Assembly: GCA_035221665.1 (NCBI GenBank)
Contig: CM069147.1
Span: forward strand, 20,708,001 to 20,772,000
Length of the DNA stretch: 64,000 bases
Reading direction: 5' to 3'
Origin: Okamejei kenojei
Lineage: Eukaryota
The notes beneath the pieces were generated by a model. It ran no database searches and was not told where the DNA came from. It saw only the letters and a list, made by a program, of their open reading frames with translations. The position numbers and the translations under genes were made by a program. Below are positions 1 through 14,000 of the stretch, in pieces. Each line of letters starts with the position of its first letter. The stretch's first letter is position 1.

Positions 1-350
1 CCTAGATAGAGTGGATGTGGGCAGGGTGTTTCCAGGACCGGGAGAATCTAAGACCAGTGGGCACAGTCTCATTTAAAAAAAGGACATTCGTTTGGAAAGG
101 AGACGAGGAATTTCTTTAGTCAGAGGGTGATGAGTCTGTGGAATTGATTACCTCAGATGGCCGTGGCGGCCAAGACTTCTGTATTTTTAAAGCTGAGATT
201 GACGGGTTTTTGATTAGTATGTATGTGAAAGGTTATGAGTCGAATACAGGAAAATTAGGTTGAAAGGTAAATATTGATCAGCCATGATTGAATGGCCCAG
301 TTGCCTCGACGGGTCGAATGGTCTTAGTCTGCTCCTATGACTTATGAACA
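1..350 (+). mobile_element. Old CR1 LINE 3' fragment
   Basis: Degenerate CR1 ORF2 C-terminus and 3'UTR (gatcagccatgattgaatgg...ctgctcctatg); paralog at ~50370-51005. Confidence 0.8.
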
Positions 351-940
351 TGAATTTATGAACTTTGTATATTAAGTTCCATTGCGCTTCACGTCAGAAT
401 TATAACATTTAGGGAGATTAATTAGGTGATGCCAGAGTGAATTGGCGAAGGCCATTTAAAATATACGATCTGAGGAACATTCTCCAACTAAAGAAGTAGA
501 ACATGAGCAGAGGTTCACTTTCAGTTAATGCTGTCAACACTGGAGCGATTGCATCCTGCTTTGGGCAAAACTGCACAATTCAACCGTCTGCAAATCAATG
601 AACATTCAAGGAAATATTTTCTTGGACTTATTGGATTTCCATAGTTTAAAGATCCATGATGAACTTTGAAGGAATTTAAAAAATATGAATTTGCTTTTAT
701 AAAATCGGACATTGCGTTTCCAATTTTGGCGAGATGAGTGAAGTGGAACCGAATTTCATAAAGGAGGATAGGCATGCGGAGTTTCAACCCTCTTGTCGCA
801 GAATGTAGATAGAACGATAGAACAGATATACTTAACATAACATACACAAAAGGCATTAAAGGACATCTTCACAATGATTCGGTTTGCAAACCATTATATT
901 CCATGATAAATTCTTCCTTCTCCAATTATTTTTCGCTTAC

Positions 941-1261
941 CATATACTATTAGACGTGATCCGGTTGAATTTCTTGGAGCCATTCCGTTACGAATCACCG
1001 AACACAGATACACACCAGAATCTTGAATCTTTGCATTATTCAACCTAAAGTACCCGCTTACTCGACCTCTCACGCCAAAACGTTTCCTGTCGTCGGTACC
1101 TTCACGTAGGTATTCCTTCTCGCCCTGTTTCCACCATTTGACTATTACCCGAGATTGATCTTTCGAAATGGGGAATATGCAGTAGAATGTGGCGTTCCCT
1201 CCTTTGAGTAAAATCACTTCTTTGGGCGTTTGCTCTACGTTGTATGAAATCTGTCCCCCAC
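941..1261 (-). CDS. Copy A exon 2, VJ-type V-set Ig domain (rest of gene lies left of the window)
   Basis: Same splice sites as copy B, 321 bp open, 6 nucleotide differences from copy B (overlaps ORF 894..1217). Confidence 0.92.
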
Positions 1262-1403
1262 CTGTTGGGAAACACAGTCAAGGAAAGGTGATTATGTTGA
1301 TGACGGCATACGGACGGCAGAATAAAAATGATGGCCTTACATGTAGCTACATTAAGGTGTCGGAAATTATTTTATAAGCTGAAAACAACGAACAGAGTCG
1401 TAC

Positions 1404-1455
1404 CTGTGCAAATATTCACAACGACAGCCAGTAAGTGAAATATACTGGCTTCCAT
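1404..1455 (-). CDS. Copy A exon 1, signal peptide MEASIFHLLAVVVNICT(G)
   Basis: ATG at 1455, CAG|GTAC donor; paralog of 52072-52123. Confidence 0.85.
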
Positions 1456-1645
1456 TCCGGCCACCAGCTACAACTAGTTTGTCTGCAGAAAGCAGCGTTG
1501 GCAAGTGTAAAGTGAGGGCGTGGTTTACAGCCGATGAAGGATGATTCATATCCTGTCACCGAAGGCTGCAAATATCATTTGACTGGTTGGATTTCGAACG
1601 TCTTCTAAAATCAAATCGGCCGCACGTAGTGGAAATTATAATTTA
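1456..1645 (-). promoter_or_regulatory. Putative 5'UTR/proximal promoter of copy A (paralogous to ~52124-52313)
   Basis: Near-identical in both copies; contains GGGCGTGG (Sp/KLF-type), ACAGGATAT (ETS-like) and TGGAAA motifs; no clear TATA box. Confidence 0.35.
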
Positions 1646-1851
1646 AATGTTATTCTTCTTAGTGCGCCCTTTACTCCTACACTCAATCGTAAATTTAATT
1701 CTCGATCATATAAGACATAGAAATGACGACATCGAAAATTGCCAAGATTTAAAGCAGACATGCCCCAATTATGTCCACAAATTAGTTCGTTAATACCTAT
1801 TAATAATTAACATCGGGAACAATCTTCCTGCATCTAGCCTGTCCTGCATCG

Positions 1852-2278
1852 TGTCGGAAAGAACTGCAAATGCTGGGGTAATTCGAAGGTAGACACAAGA
1901 TGCTGGAGTAACTCAGCGGGACAGGCAGCATCTCTGGAGAGGGGGAATGGGTGATGTTTCGGGTCGAGACCCTTCTTCAGACTGATGTCAGGGGAATGGG
2001 CGGGACAGAGATATAATGTAGTCGGAGACAGTAAGACTGATGGGAGAACTGGGAAAGGGGAGGAGATGGAGAGAGAGGGAAAGCAAGGGCTAACTGAATT
2101 TATAGTATGAGGTGCTGTTCCTCCAATTTGCGCTGGGCCTCACTCTGACAACGGAGGAGGCCCAGGACAGAAAGGTCAGATTGGAAATGGGAGGGGGGGT
2201 TAAAGTGCTGAGCAACCGGGTAATCAGGTAGGTTAAGGCGGACTAAGCGGGGGTGTTCGGCGAAACGATTGCCGAAAG
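1852..2278 (-). mobile_element. Penelope-like element fragment (GIY-YIG C-terminus plus terminal repeat)
   Basis: ORF 2100..2315 RFAEH...PVAQHFN.PSH...RKLEEQHLI; terminal sequence tctgaagaagggtctcgacccgaaac on the minus strand. Confidence 0.8.
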
Positions 2279-3189
2279 ACTCATTGCATCCTTCAACTTC
2301 ACACAGCTCAGACAATCATTCCCAGCCGCTCAATCCTCTTACGGCGGATTGAACAACGAGAATAAATAGTTGATGCGTGCAAAACATCGTTTATGGAAAC
2401 AGTACGGGTTGGCGGTTGTGCTCGTATAACTATTAACTGATCAGTTTCTAATGCGCGGTATTCATTACTTAAACATAACTTTGAAAACTGTAAGTGAATT
2501 CCTATCATTATCAAGTGCATAAGCCTCACATTCGTTCTGCTGATTTCATATTATCCAATATGAAAATGATGATCAAGAATTTCGTCTGCTCGGTGTGAAA
2601 TATATATGTGTTCTTTGGTTGTTCCACACTCTGGCAATTTCAGTTTTTATAGGATTAGGGAATGATATGGCAATTTTCTTTCACTTTAATCTGTAATTGA
2701 AACACATGTCAAACTACGATTTTTATTTCTCTCTTGATAAAGGTTGAACGATGTATTTCAGTGTCGTGAACAGTTTGCGCAAAACGGAGCCAGAATGAAA
2801 AGAAAAAAATCACTTTTATTAACTTCACGCATCTGGAATAATGTTTATCAATAAAATATTTGACTCCGCATTCTTCCCTTTTTTATTGGCCAGGGTGCGA
2901 CTCGTCCATGATGATAGATATCCACACAATATATTTTTTATCAGCTTTTAATTAATTATGGGTTAACTCTAAGAAATATACACACGTGACAAGAGCAGGA
3001 GGGCAAGGGACATAAGATAATTATTGTTTCACAGACACGCTGCACGATTTCAAGAAAAGGAAAACACCAGCAGATGTTGGAAATCTAAAGGGAAAAAAAA
3101 TGCTGTAAATATGCGGCACATCAGCCCGCCACTGAATGTCGATAATTTCAAGCCTTATTACAAAATATTGTGTGACTTATGTCTGTCAT

Positions 3190-3990
3190 CCGCTATGTGA
3201 AACCTTGCTCATTGGGATCACTTTCCACTCATCTTCTGGTTTTAGACTTCCCTCTGCTGGCGAAAATAAGGTGGCCGTCCATTTTATCTATGCTCATTAT
3301 TTTATAGATCTCCATAAGATCCCTCTCAGACTCCCCCGCTCCAGGGGGGAGGGGGGACATCTGAGCTAGCCTCTCGTAGCTCAAGGCCTCCAGTTCCAGA
3401 AACATCCTTGTGAAATATTTCCGCATCCTCGTCATATCCTCCACTATGTGTTCATATTCATCCTTGTGATATCCTCCATTTAACGGGCCACCAGACATGG
3501 ACGCAATTCTCCAGGGGCAATCTCAGCACGGCTTGTATAGCTGGAATGTGACTATCCGAATGTTGCAGTCAATGTTCTGTTCAATGTTAACAAGCATGCT
3601 ATACATACTGTTCATCAACATGAGCAATAGTAGTGCCTACGCATGGAAATTGTAGATACATTGTCGGGATCAGTGGCTATGTGGTCCAACAAACTCCAGT
3701 AACCATTTCTCAGCCCACTTGATTAGCTGATCAAGATCCTACTGCAATTTATTTTATGATAACCGTTTTCCCTATCTGCAATACCACTCACTTTAGTGTT
3801 ATACTAATCATGCCTTCCACATTCTCCTACAAATAGTTGATATGAACCACAAATGGATATGAACCTCAAGCTCCGAACTCTGGGGCACACCATTTGTCAC
3901 AGGCATCCAGTCCGAAAAACAACCTTCTACCATCATCTTCTTCTAACTGCCATGAAACCATTCTCCATCCAGTCGGCTAATTCTCCCTAG
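3190..3990 (-). mobile_element. Old degenerate CR1 LINE fragment
   Basis: ORF 3229..3498 FTRMFLELEALSYERL...RDLMEIYKIM resembles the CR1 ORF2 C-terminus. Confidence 0.65.
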
Positions 3991-4080
3991 GTGCCGTGCG
4001 ATCAAACCTTCCATAGCAGACACCATGCAAAACAGTATCAAATGCCTTTCTGCAGCCTTGTCCTCCTCAATGTTTCGTGC

Positions 4081-4525
4081 AGTTTAGTTTGGAGATACAG
4101 CGTTCTTTGGCCCAACGAGTCCACGCCGACCTACGACCGCACATTAACACTATCGATAGACAATGGACAATAGACAATAGGTGCACGAGTAGGCCATTCG
4201 GCCCTTCGAGCCAGCACCGCCATTTAATGTGATCATGGCTGATCATCCCCAATCAGTACCCCGTTCCTGCATTCTCCCCATATCCCCCGACTCCGCTATT
4301 TTTAAGAGCCCTATCTAGCTCTCCCTCGAAAGCATCCAGAGAACCTGCCTCCACCGCCCTCTGAGGCAGAGAATTCTGCAGTATCCTGCACATACTGGTA
4401 ACATTTTTTACATTTATTCCAAGCCAATTAACCTTCAAACCTCCATGTATTTGGAGTGTGAGGAAACCGAAGATCTTGGAGAAAATACACGATGGTCACG
4501 GGGAGAAAGTACAAACTCCGTGAAG
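4081..4525 (-). mobile_element. V-SINE (HE1-like) interrupted by a CR1 3' fragment at ~4155-4377
   Basis: agtttagttt tail; gaggaaaccg and ggagaaagtacaaactcc V-domain-like motifs; the inserted piece has a (gacaata)n CR1 tail. Confidence 0.6.
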
Positions 4526-4544
4526 CTGTAAGGCTCGCTGCCTG

Positions 4545-4722
4545 GAAGGGAGAGAGAGGGGGGGGGGGGAGCGAGAGGAGGGGGGGGGGGGAAAGGGGGT
4601 TTGAGACAGAGGGGGGAGAGGGAGGGGAGTGGGAGAGGGAGAGAGGGGAAGGGGGAGTGGGAGATGGGGAGGGGAGAGAGGTGGAGGGAGAGGGAGGGAA
4701 AGGAAGAGGGGGAGAGTGAAAG
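4545..4722 (+). repeat. Polypurine (G/A-rich) low-complexity tract
   Basis: Runs of G with interspersed A over ~175 bp. Confidence 0.9.
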
Positions 4723-5599
4723 GAGGATTATCTTTAGTGAGATTGCAAACTTAAGGTAGGTTTTAGAACAATTATATTTTCTCCTCCATATGAATAATAG
4801 CAAACAATTGGAACGGCTTTCTTTTCCTTGATAACAATACTGAAAAATTTGTATTCCATAGTTTCTGACTTTCAATTTGCATCATATTTTTAATGTGCGC
4901 ACACTAACACAGTCGAACAGTAAGTGGCAATCAAATCAGCACACAAAACATTTTCTAAAAAAAGGTTATGTCTATGTTTGCATGCTCCTTTATAACATTT
5001 ACATAACATTTTACAGTACAACTTGATTATTAAAAGGACAGCTTCAATTGTTGATTAAAAAAATGTATACAACTATGACCCCAAACATCCCATTCCAACC
5101 ACTCATTACTCTTGACTCAACTAAAATTATTTCTGAAATATTGGTCATAACTTTGCTGCAAAAATGCTCCAAAATAAGGCTCAGAATGCACCAGAGAGCA
5201 TCTAAAACCCCGGCCACAAGGGTCTTTGAGCTTCGCGCTTGTGATATGCTCTGAATGCACGTATTTCACATAATTTTTGAAAAGCTTCGTACGGGCCTGG
5301 TGTATAATATTTTTGACACTGTCATTCTTACATATGCTGTCACAACACACTGTAGTCTCTAAACAACACTTCAGTGATTTCCCTTGCCCTCCATTTCAGA
5401 ATAATAGTGTTTTAAGCTGATAACTTGACATTAGCGCTGGCAATTAAAAAAAAGTGCAGCTTTCCAGCCCTTATCTCATTGGCCATGCTCGGCTGCACAT
5501 CGGTGTCAATCTGGTGGACTCTTCCGTCTTCCTCTCATCATGGGGGTGGGGGATTGGGAGGGGCCTCACAAGTGGAATAGCCTAGGGCTTCTCTTCATC

Positions 5600-7328
5600 T
5601 GAATCCAGCCCTGTTGGCATGTAACAAAGATAATGCCACTGTGGTTATGGGAGATTTCAATATGCAGGTAGACTGGGAAAATCAGGTTGGTTCTGGACCC
5701 CAAGAAAGGGAGTTTGTAGAGGGCCTCCAAGATGGATTCTTGGAGCAGCTTGTACTGGAGCCCTACCAGAGAAAAGGCATTTCTGGATTTAGTGTTGTCC
5801 AATGAACCAGATTTAATAAGGGAACTCAAGGTAAAGGAACCTCTAGGAGGTATTGACCATAATAGGATGTTTTAATCTGCAATTTGAGAGGGAGAAGGTT
5901 AAATCAGAAGTGTCAGTGTTGCAGTTAAACAAATGGGACAATGAATGCATGAGAGAGGAGCTGGCCAAAGTCAACTGGAAAAGGATCCTAGCAGGAATGA
6001 CGGTGGAACAGGAATGATAGGAATTTCTGGGCATAATCCAGAAGATGCAGGATCATTTCATTCCAAAGAGGAAGAATGATTCTAAGGGGAATAAGAGGCA
6101 ACCATGGCTGACAAGGAAGTTAGGGATGGAATAAAACTAAAGGAAAAGGTGTATAACATAGCAAAGAGTAGCGGGAAGCCAGAGGATTGGAACACTTTCA
6201 AAGGACAACTGAAGGTAATAAAAAGGTCAATATGGGGTGAAAAGATGAAGTATGAGGGTAAGAATATAAAGAAGGATAGTAAAAGCTTACATAGGTAAGA
6301 GAAAAAGATTAGTAAAGACAAATGTGGGTCCCTTAAAGGCAGAAATAGGTGAAATTATTATGGGGAACAAGGAAATGACAGAAGAGTTGAACATTAGTTC
6401 TGTCTTCACTAAGATCCCACACAGGAGGTGAGTGGGCAAAATTAGAGCACATGGTTTTGGGGGTAAGATATTGACATGGATAGAGAATTGGTTGGCAGAC
6501 AGGAAACAAAGAATAGGAATAAACAGGTTCCTGTAAGAATAACAGGCAGTGGCGAGTGGAGTGCCACAACTATTTACAATATACATTAATGATTTAGATG
6601 ATGAGATTAAATGTAATGCTCGCAAATTTGCAGATGACACAAAGCTGGGTGGCAATGTGAACTGCGAAGAGGATGCTAGGAGGTTGCAGGGTGACTTTTG
6701 TGTGAGGAGGTAAAGGATTTATTTGAGTAAAGGGGTCAATTCTGCAGTTGTACAGAGCCCGGGTGAGACCACATCTGGAGTATTGTGTGCAGTTTTGGTC
6801 TCTTAATTTGAGGAACGACATCCTTGCTATTGAGTTTGGTTCACAAGGTTAATCTCTGGGATGGCGGGACTGTCATATGAGGAACGATTTGAAAGACTGG
6901 GCTTGTATTCACTGGAATTTAGAAGGATGAGAGGATATCTTATAGAAATATATACAATTATAAAAAGACTGGACAAGCTAGATGCAGGAAAAATGTTCCC
7001 ATTGTTGAGGGAGTCCAGAACCAGGGGCCACAGTCTAAGAATAAAGGGGAGGTCATTTAAAACTGAGAAGGGAAAAACGTTTTCACCCAGAGAGTTGTGA
7101 ATTTGTGGACTTCTCTACCATAGAAGGCATTAGAGGCCAATTCACTGGATGAATTGAAAAGAGAGTTAGATATAGTTCTAGGCTAGCGGAATCAAGGGAT
7201 ATGTGGAGAAGGCGGGTACAGGTTACTGATTGTGGATGATCAGCCATGATCACAATGAATGGCGGTGCTGACTTGCAGGGAAATGGCTTCCTCCTGCAAC
7301 TATTTTCTATGTTTCTATGTTTCTATGA
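5600..7328 (+). mobile_element. CR1 LINE, internally deleted (endonuclease remnant to 3' end)
   Basis: VVMGDFN endonuclease motif (ORF 5614), FADDTKL, C-terminal ORF 6861..7100, tail (tttctatg)3. Confidence 0.9.
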
Positions 7329-10300
7329 TCCTACGAAACAGAAGGAAAATCTTCGGTCATTGATTCTAGGCCAGTTCACATAAATTCAATTATTTCCTTT
7401 ATTTTTGCACCACTTTTCCTTCCCGTGATGATTAACTCCATCGCGATTCTCCCGTGATGTCCCACAGTGCAACTTTATAGGAAACAATCTACCTTCCAGT
7501 CAGGACATGCTTAGAATCGATGAGGTAACCAACGCGTCTATGGGAAGCAGACATACTCGCAGGGAGAACAATCATTCTCCACATGGTCAGCATCTGAATG
7601 TGAATTTGTGAAAGGAAAATAATTTTGCCATTGAGAGTATTATTCAGGATGTACATAACAGCTAATATTGGACATTGTTTATTTTGACTTCCATGTAGTG
7701 TTCAGAGCAAGCAAACAAGTTTATTTATATAGCATATTTCAACATCGACGCAATTCAAAGTGCTTTACGACAAAGTATTAAAGAGCAATCAAAGTAATTA
7801 AAAAACAGTCATAAAAAAGAACAGAAAACAAAAACAAGCTAAAATAAAATAAGACAAGTATAAAATACAGGAATAAAAGTTACAGCGCAGTGTAAGAAAT
7901 GAATAATTATTTAAGTTAATTAAAGGCAGCGTCAAACAGAAAAGTGTTCAGCCCCGATTTAAAAGAACTGAGCGTTCAAGGTTCAAGATTCAAGAGCGTT
8001 TATTGTCATGTGTCCCAGATAGCACAATGAAATTCTTGCTTTGCTTCAGCATAACAGAATATAGCAGGCATAAATAAATACAGACAGAACTGATCAGTGT
8101 TACCGTATACCAATGAACATATATACACAGATAAATAAACAGAGTAAGTGCAATGGGCTATTAATGATCAGAGTTGTGTTTGAGTTGAGTTTAATAGCCT
8201 GATGGCTGTGGGGAAGTAGCTATTCCTGAACCAGGATGTTGCAGATTTCAGGCTCCTGTACCCTCTACCTTTAGGCAGCGGGGAGATGAGTGAGTGGCCA
8301 GGATGGTGTAGGTCCTTGATGATGTTGGCAGCCTTTTTGAGGCAGCGATTGCGATAGATCCCCTTGATGGTAGGGAGGTCAGAGCCGATGATGGACTTGG
8401 CAGTGCTTACAACTTTTTGCAGTCTTTTCTGCTCCTGGGCGCTCAAGTTGCTGAACCAAGCCACGATGCAACCGGTCAGCATGCTCTCTACTGTGCACCT
8501 GAAGAAGTTTGAGAGAGTCCTCCTTGACATACCGACTCTCTGTAATCTTCTCAGGAAGTAGAGGCGCTGATATGCTTTCTTTATAATTGAATCCATGATC
8601 TCGGACCAGGTGCGATTTTTTAAATTTTTATTTTTTTAAATTTCACTTCGGAGTCACGTGAGTGACTACGTGAAGAAGCCCCACCAGGCACATGCGCTGT
8701 CATTACGTCGACGCATGTCGCACTGAATGGACTGGAGAGCGCAGCTCCACCAGCGGTAAGTAGAAACCTCACAGGTAAGTGAGTTTTACAAACTTTACTG
8801 CGAGTACTCAAGCTCCGTAAGTCTGGCTTGCGAGTCAGTAGGTGCCAGTGGTTATGGAGAGCGTTGGAAGTAAGTCTGTTCGGAGTAAGCGTGGGTCGCA
8901 TAGCGATGCGGTCCGATCGGGTAAAGAGATAAGTGCGGTAATGCCGGTCCGATACCAGTGGCCGTTTTCCCCATGATTGTACAGCCTCCAGCTGCTCCAG
9001 TGTCGCAGGGCACTGAGGCCACAACTGTAGGAAAAAAGGATAAAAGAAAGTCTGTCAGGCCCGTTTTGTCTGACGGGTCTGATGAAGAGGACTCCCCTCC
9101 GGATCGTAAAAGAATGTGGGGGAGACTGGATCAAATGGAGCAAATGCTCCATACTCTCATCAATCAGGGGTCCAAGGGCCCAGTGATGCCCCAGGCAACT
9201 TCCCAAGGAGTTCCATATACTGAATATGTTGCCTGTCAACAGTGGGAATCTTTCTCTCCAGTACCTTGTTTGGGTCTGGATGAGGTCTCCCTGGAGCAAG
9301 ACTCAGGAGTACCAGGGCAGGAGGAGTCTGACCCTGAAGCTGGTGTCCCTGCATATGTGTACACACCAGGACACAAGAGCCACGCTCCGGGTGTTCCCAA
9401 TGTAGCGCGTAATTTTGCTATACCGGAAGGGACTGGTGAGGCAATGGATGAAAACTTAGCTGCCAACATCAATTATGTTGATGTTGATCACCAGCTCCAA
9501 GAATCCGTCATGACCTAGACAACAGAACGGTACAAAACACCCGTCAATTGTGCCTCGCTCAGGGTGCCCACAGTAAACTCAGCAATATGGGTACCCATGA
9601 GTGCAATGATGCGAGGGCAGGAAATGCGTTTCCAGCGTGTCCTCAAGCTGGTATCAGCAGGCATCACTGTGTTTGGGAAGATAATACAAGCGTCGACAAT
9701 GTCTAAAACCCAACAGGACATGCTTGCATTATTCTGCAATGTTTACTTTGAGGTTAACTGTATGATGAAGATCGCCATTCGGCCAGCGTTACACCCAAAA
9801 TTTGCAGGACTGTGTAGAGCAAGTAACATCCAGTCACCGGATTATTTATTCAGCAAAAATCTTCCTAATCAAATTAAGGACATTGATGAGGAGTCGAAAA
9901 CAATTGGCCTTATAAAACCTTTCATCCCTGCTTCCGGGCCAGGGCCCAGCAGAGGGAGGCCGATGGGGCGAAAATATTATTTCCCAGTACAGCCCAACAT
10001 CAACCCTTATATTGGGAGAAGGAGACCTTCCAGGTCGTTTGCTGAGGTACAAGAACTTCATTCCATCACAGATAAAACTTCTGGGGTACAACCTCCGGTT
10101 GGGGGTAGATTACAATTGTTTTATGATGAATGGTGCTGCATAACATCTGATCAGTTTATACTAGATAATGTGTCAGGCTCTACAATAGAGTTTATGGGAG
10201 GAGTTGATCCACCTGTACAGCATATGCCTAATAGAGTCTTGGTGTTTGCTGCACCAGAAACTCGGCAGGTAGAAGAAGAAATTAAAAATTTATTCCAGAC

Positions 10301-11027
10301 AGGGGTAATTGAAATGACAGTTAACTATCCTCAACAATTTGTGTCCAATATATTTCCTAGACCGAAAAAAGATGGGGGTTGTAGAGTTATTTTGGACCTC
10401 ACACACTTAAATTCCTTCGTTCAGCATAGGCATTTTAAAATGGACACCTTCAACACTGCAAAGCAGTTGTTGTCACAAGGCTGCTATATGGCCACCATAG
10501 ACCTAAAAACTGCTAGAGTGAGTTATTAAAGATGGGATAGCAGCACATTTGGAAAGTGGTGAAATCATTGGACAAAGTCAGCATGGATTTACGAAAGGTA
10601 AATCATGTCTGACGAATCTTATATGATTTTTCGAGGATGTTATTAGTAGAGTGGATAAGGGAGAACCAGTGGATGAATTATATCTAGACTTTCAGAAAGC
10701 TTTCGACAAGGTCCCACTTAAGAGATTAGTATACAAACTTAAAGCACACGGTAGTGGGGGTTCAGTATTGATGTGGATAGAGAACTGGCTGACAGACAGG
10801 AAGCAAAGGGTAGGAGTAAACGGGTCCTTTTCAGAATGGCAGGCAGTGACTAATGGGGTACCGGAAGGCTCAGTGCTGGGACCCCAGCTATTTACAATAT
10901 ATATTAATGATTTGGACGAGGGAATTGAATGCAACATCTCCAAGTTTGCAGATGACACCAAGCTGGGGGGTAGTGTTAGATGTGAGGAGGATGCTAGGAG
11001 GCTGCAAGGTGACTTGGATAGGCTGGG

Positions 11028-14000
11028 TGTTAGGTACTTCCCCCCCCCCCCCCCCTCTGGTGAATGCTATGTACTTAACTCTTTTGTTTCTCTCCTGAGT
11101 GCAGGCCCCGTGGCTGGGAGTCAGTAATCAAGTGGTTAAGGGCTCCTGTACCCGATTGGCCAAGCTGCATCAGGTGATGGTGGTTTGAACTGCAGGAGGC
11201 CTGGCCACATGTGTATTATTACCTACATTTGTAAATTAATATTGAATTGGGACGGATAAGGGCTGACCTGAGGGTTTTCGTGTATTTTGTTTAAGGGTTA
11301 TTTCCATTTAGGCAGGTAGAGACTCTAGTTTGACGGCCCATTGCGAGGCTGGCTGGAGCACTGTTATCTTTGTTTATTAGTTTATTCTTGTCCTTGACTG
11401 GGTTGTTTGAATCAGGTTTGGGTTTTAACTATAAGGTGCCTATTGATAAGCATTTGAAGAAAGAGACTATAAAGTTGAAGTTACGGTCTGCGTTGGTGAG
11501 GAGTGTGGTAGTGCCTGCTGGTGCAGACAGTCCTCTATCTTCTACAAAGCCTAGTCAGGAAATGGGGGACCCCATTCGATTGAAGGAGTTAGAGCTTGAA
11601 ATAAAAAAGGAGGAGAGGGCCTTAAGAGCGAAAGAGCTTGAAATGAGAGAGAAAGAGCTCATGCTCCAATCAGAGCTTGAAATGAAAAAGGAGCAGAGGG
11701 CCTTGAGAGAGAAAGAGTTCATGCTCCAATTTGAGCTTGAAAGGAAAAAGGAGGAAAAAGGAGGAGAGGGCCTTAAGAGAGAAAGAGCTTGAAATGAGAG
11801 AGAAAAAGCTCATGCTCCAATGAGCTTGAAATGAAAGGAGGAGAGGGCGAGAACATGCTTGAAATGGAACGCCTTGAGCAGCAGGAGAAGGAATTGAATG
11901 CCTCCCGAGTTTCTTCTAGGGAACGGGAGGTGTCTAAGGCCGCGGTGTTAGCAGATGAGTATGTATTGACTCATAAAACTGAGTTTGCTGGGCGATCCTA
12001 TAGTTTTGGTGCACGGCCGTTTAATCGTGGTGGTGTCGCCGGTGGCAGTACCAAAGCTGTTTCTGTGCCTGCAAGGGTCAGCTCATTAATACAGGGGAAG
12101 GTCCGAGCTGATAAGGTTGACAGAAATTTCAGGACTAAGGAAGGGCCTGTGTGCTACTATTGTAAAGGGAGCGGGCACATCTTAAAGTCGTGTCCCGTCC
12201 TGCAAAGGAAAAATGCAAAGCCAGTGGCTTTGGTGGGTACACAAAGAGCACCTATGGTTCCCGGGATGCCTGCGCCTGATGAGTGCAGGAATTATTCTGC
12301 GTTCATCATGAAAGGTTTTGCTTCTCTAGAGAATGGGGGTCATAAAGTTCCAGTATCCATCTTGCGTGATACTGGTGCTACTCAGTCCTTTATGCTGGAT
12401 AGTGTACTGCTGTTTTCTGGGGAGTCATTGGTTGGGTCCAGTGTCCCTGTGGGAGGATTCGGGTTGGAGTCCATGGTAGTGTCTTTGCATACCGTGAGTC
12501 TCGAGTCCGAGTTGGTTTCAAGCCAGGTAATTGATGGGTTACGGCCGTGTTTTCCCGTTGCGGGAGTTTCTGTGATTTTGGGGAATGACTTGGCAGGAGG
12601 TAGAATTTTAATTACTCCTAAGGTGACGGCTGTTCCAATGGTGCAGAGTCCTGATATATTGGCTATGCAGCATCCGACGGTCTTCACAGCTTGTGCTGTC
12701 ACAAGGGCTATGGCTAAGAGCCAGGCAAAGTTTGAAGATGTAGTGGACCTGAGTGAAAGCATTTTTGGGGATCAGGATGATGGATCCTGTGTTGTGAAGG
12801 GTGTTTCTACATCTCAAGATGGGGTCTTGTCTGAAAATGTGCCGGTGTCGCTGTCACATGACCAGCTGGTTGAGGAGCAAAAGAGTGATCCAGGTTTATC
12901 GGATCTGTTCGACTGCATGGTGCCTGAGGGGGATATGGATTCCACAGCAAAGGGGTATTTTCTGAAGAATAGCTTGCTGATGCGAAAGTGGTCTCCCTTG
13001 GATATGTCGGGGCATGATGATTGGAGCGTGGTTGATCAGATTGTGATACCTCGTCGGTAAAGGGACGAGATACTCTGTTTGGCTCATGATGGACCTCTGG
13101 GTGGACATTTGGGGGTCAATAAGACGTATGACCGTATCTTACGGAATTTTTTTTGGCCAGGGTTGCAAAAGGATGTGAAGCAGCACTGCAGGTGTTGTCA
13201 CATTTGCCAGGTGGCAGGAAAGCCAAACCAATCGATTGTTCCTGCGCCCTTATATCCAATCCCTGTGGTCGGGGAGCCGTTTGAATGGATTCTAGTTGAT
13301 TGTGTGGGTCCTCTACCTTGGACAAGGGGGGGGGGGGTGGGGGGGCAACAAGTTTTTTTGACAATTATGTGTGCATCTACCCGCTTTCCGGAGGTGGTCC
13401 CTTTGTGTTACATTACTGCCCCTGCCATTGTGAAGTCTCTCACTAAGTTTTTTTCGTTGTTAGGTTTGCCCAAGGTTGTGCAGAGCGACCAAGGTTCCAA
13501 CTTCATGTCAAAGATTTTTGTTCAGGTAATGAAGTTGTTGGATATTGAGCATTGTTACTCCAGTGCGTACCATCCAGAGAGCCAGGGAGCTCTCGGGCGG
13601 TTTCACCAGACTTTGAAATCCATGTTGAGGACTTACTGCCTGGAGTTTGAAAAAGACTGTGATGAGGGGGTTCATCTCATTATGTTTGCAGTGCGTGAGG
13701 TCGTGCAGAAGTCTTTAGGGTTCAGTCCTGCTGACCTGGTGTTCGCGCATACTGTTCGTGGTCCGTTGAGGGTCCTGAAGGAGAAATGGTTGCAGTAGAA
13801 TTCAAAACGTAGTATTTTAGACTACATCTGTACTTTTAGGTCTAGACTGCGGAGGGCATGCGAACTGGCAATGGGTAATCTTGCTTCTGCTCAGTCTAGG
13901 ATGAAGGGCTGGTTCGACAGGAAGGCTTCTAATAGGAATTGTTCTTCAGGTGACAAAGTCCTGGTGTTGTTGCCTATTCCTGGTTCCAGTCTGCAGGCTC

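Larger units (their letters stand above)
1..3380 (+). repeat. Segmental duplication unit A (direct copy of 50660-54280)
   Basis: Collinear high identity including shared CR1 and Penelope remnants; both copies end at gctagcctctcgtagc. Confidence 0.95.

Noticed and set aside
521-856. 111-aa ORF conserved in both duplicates (also 51174..51509)
   Set aside because: Intronic, no recognisable domain, N-termini differ by frameshift; conservation is explained by the recent duplication
1367-1549. 60-aa ORF over the leader exon (also 52032..52217)
   Set aside because: Out of frame with the real signal-peptide exon and runs into the intron
4730-5472. Possible DNA-transposon remnant ending in tttccagccct
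   Set aside because: Looks repeat-like but no matching second TIR, TSD or transposase is identifiable
7463-7490. CACAGTG + 12 bp + aaacaatct, cryptic RSS
   Set aside because: Nonamer matches only 5 of 9 and no gene segment is adjacent; expected by chance
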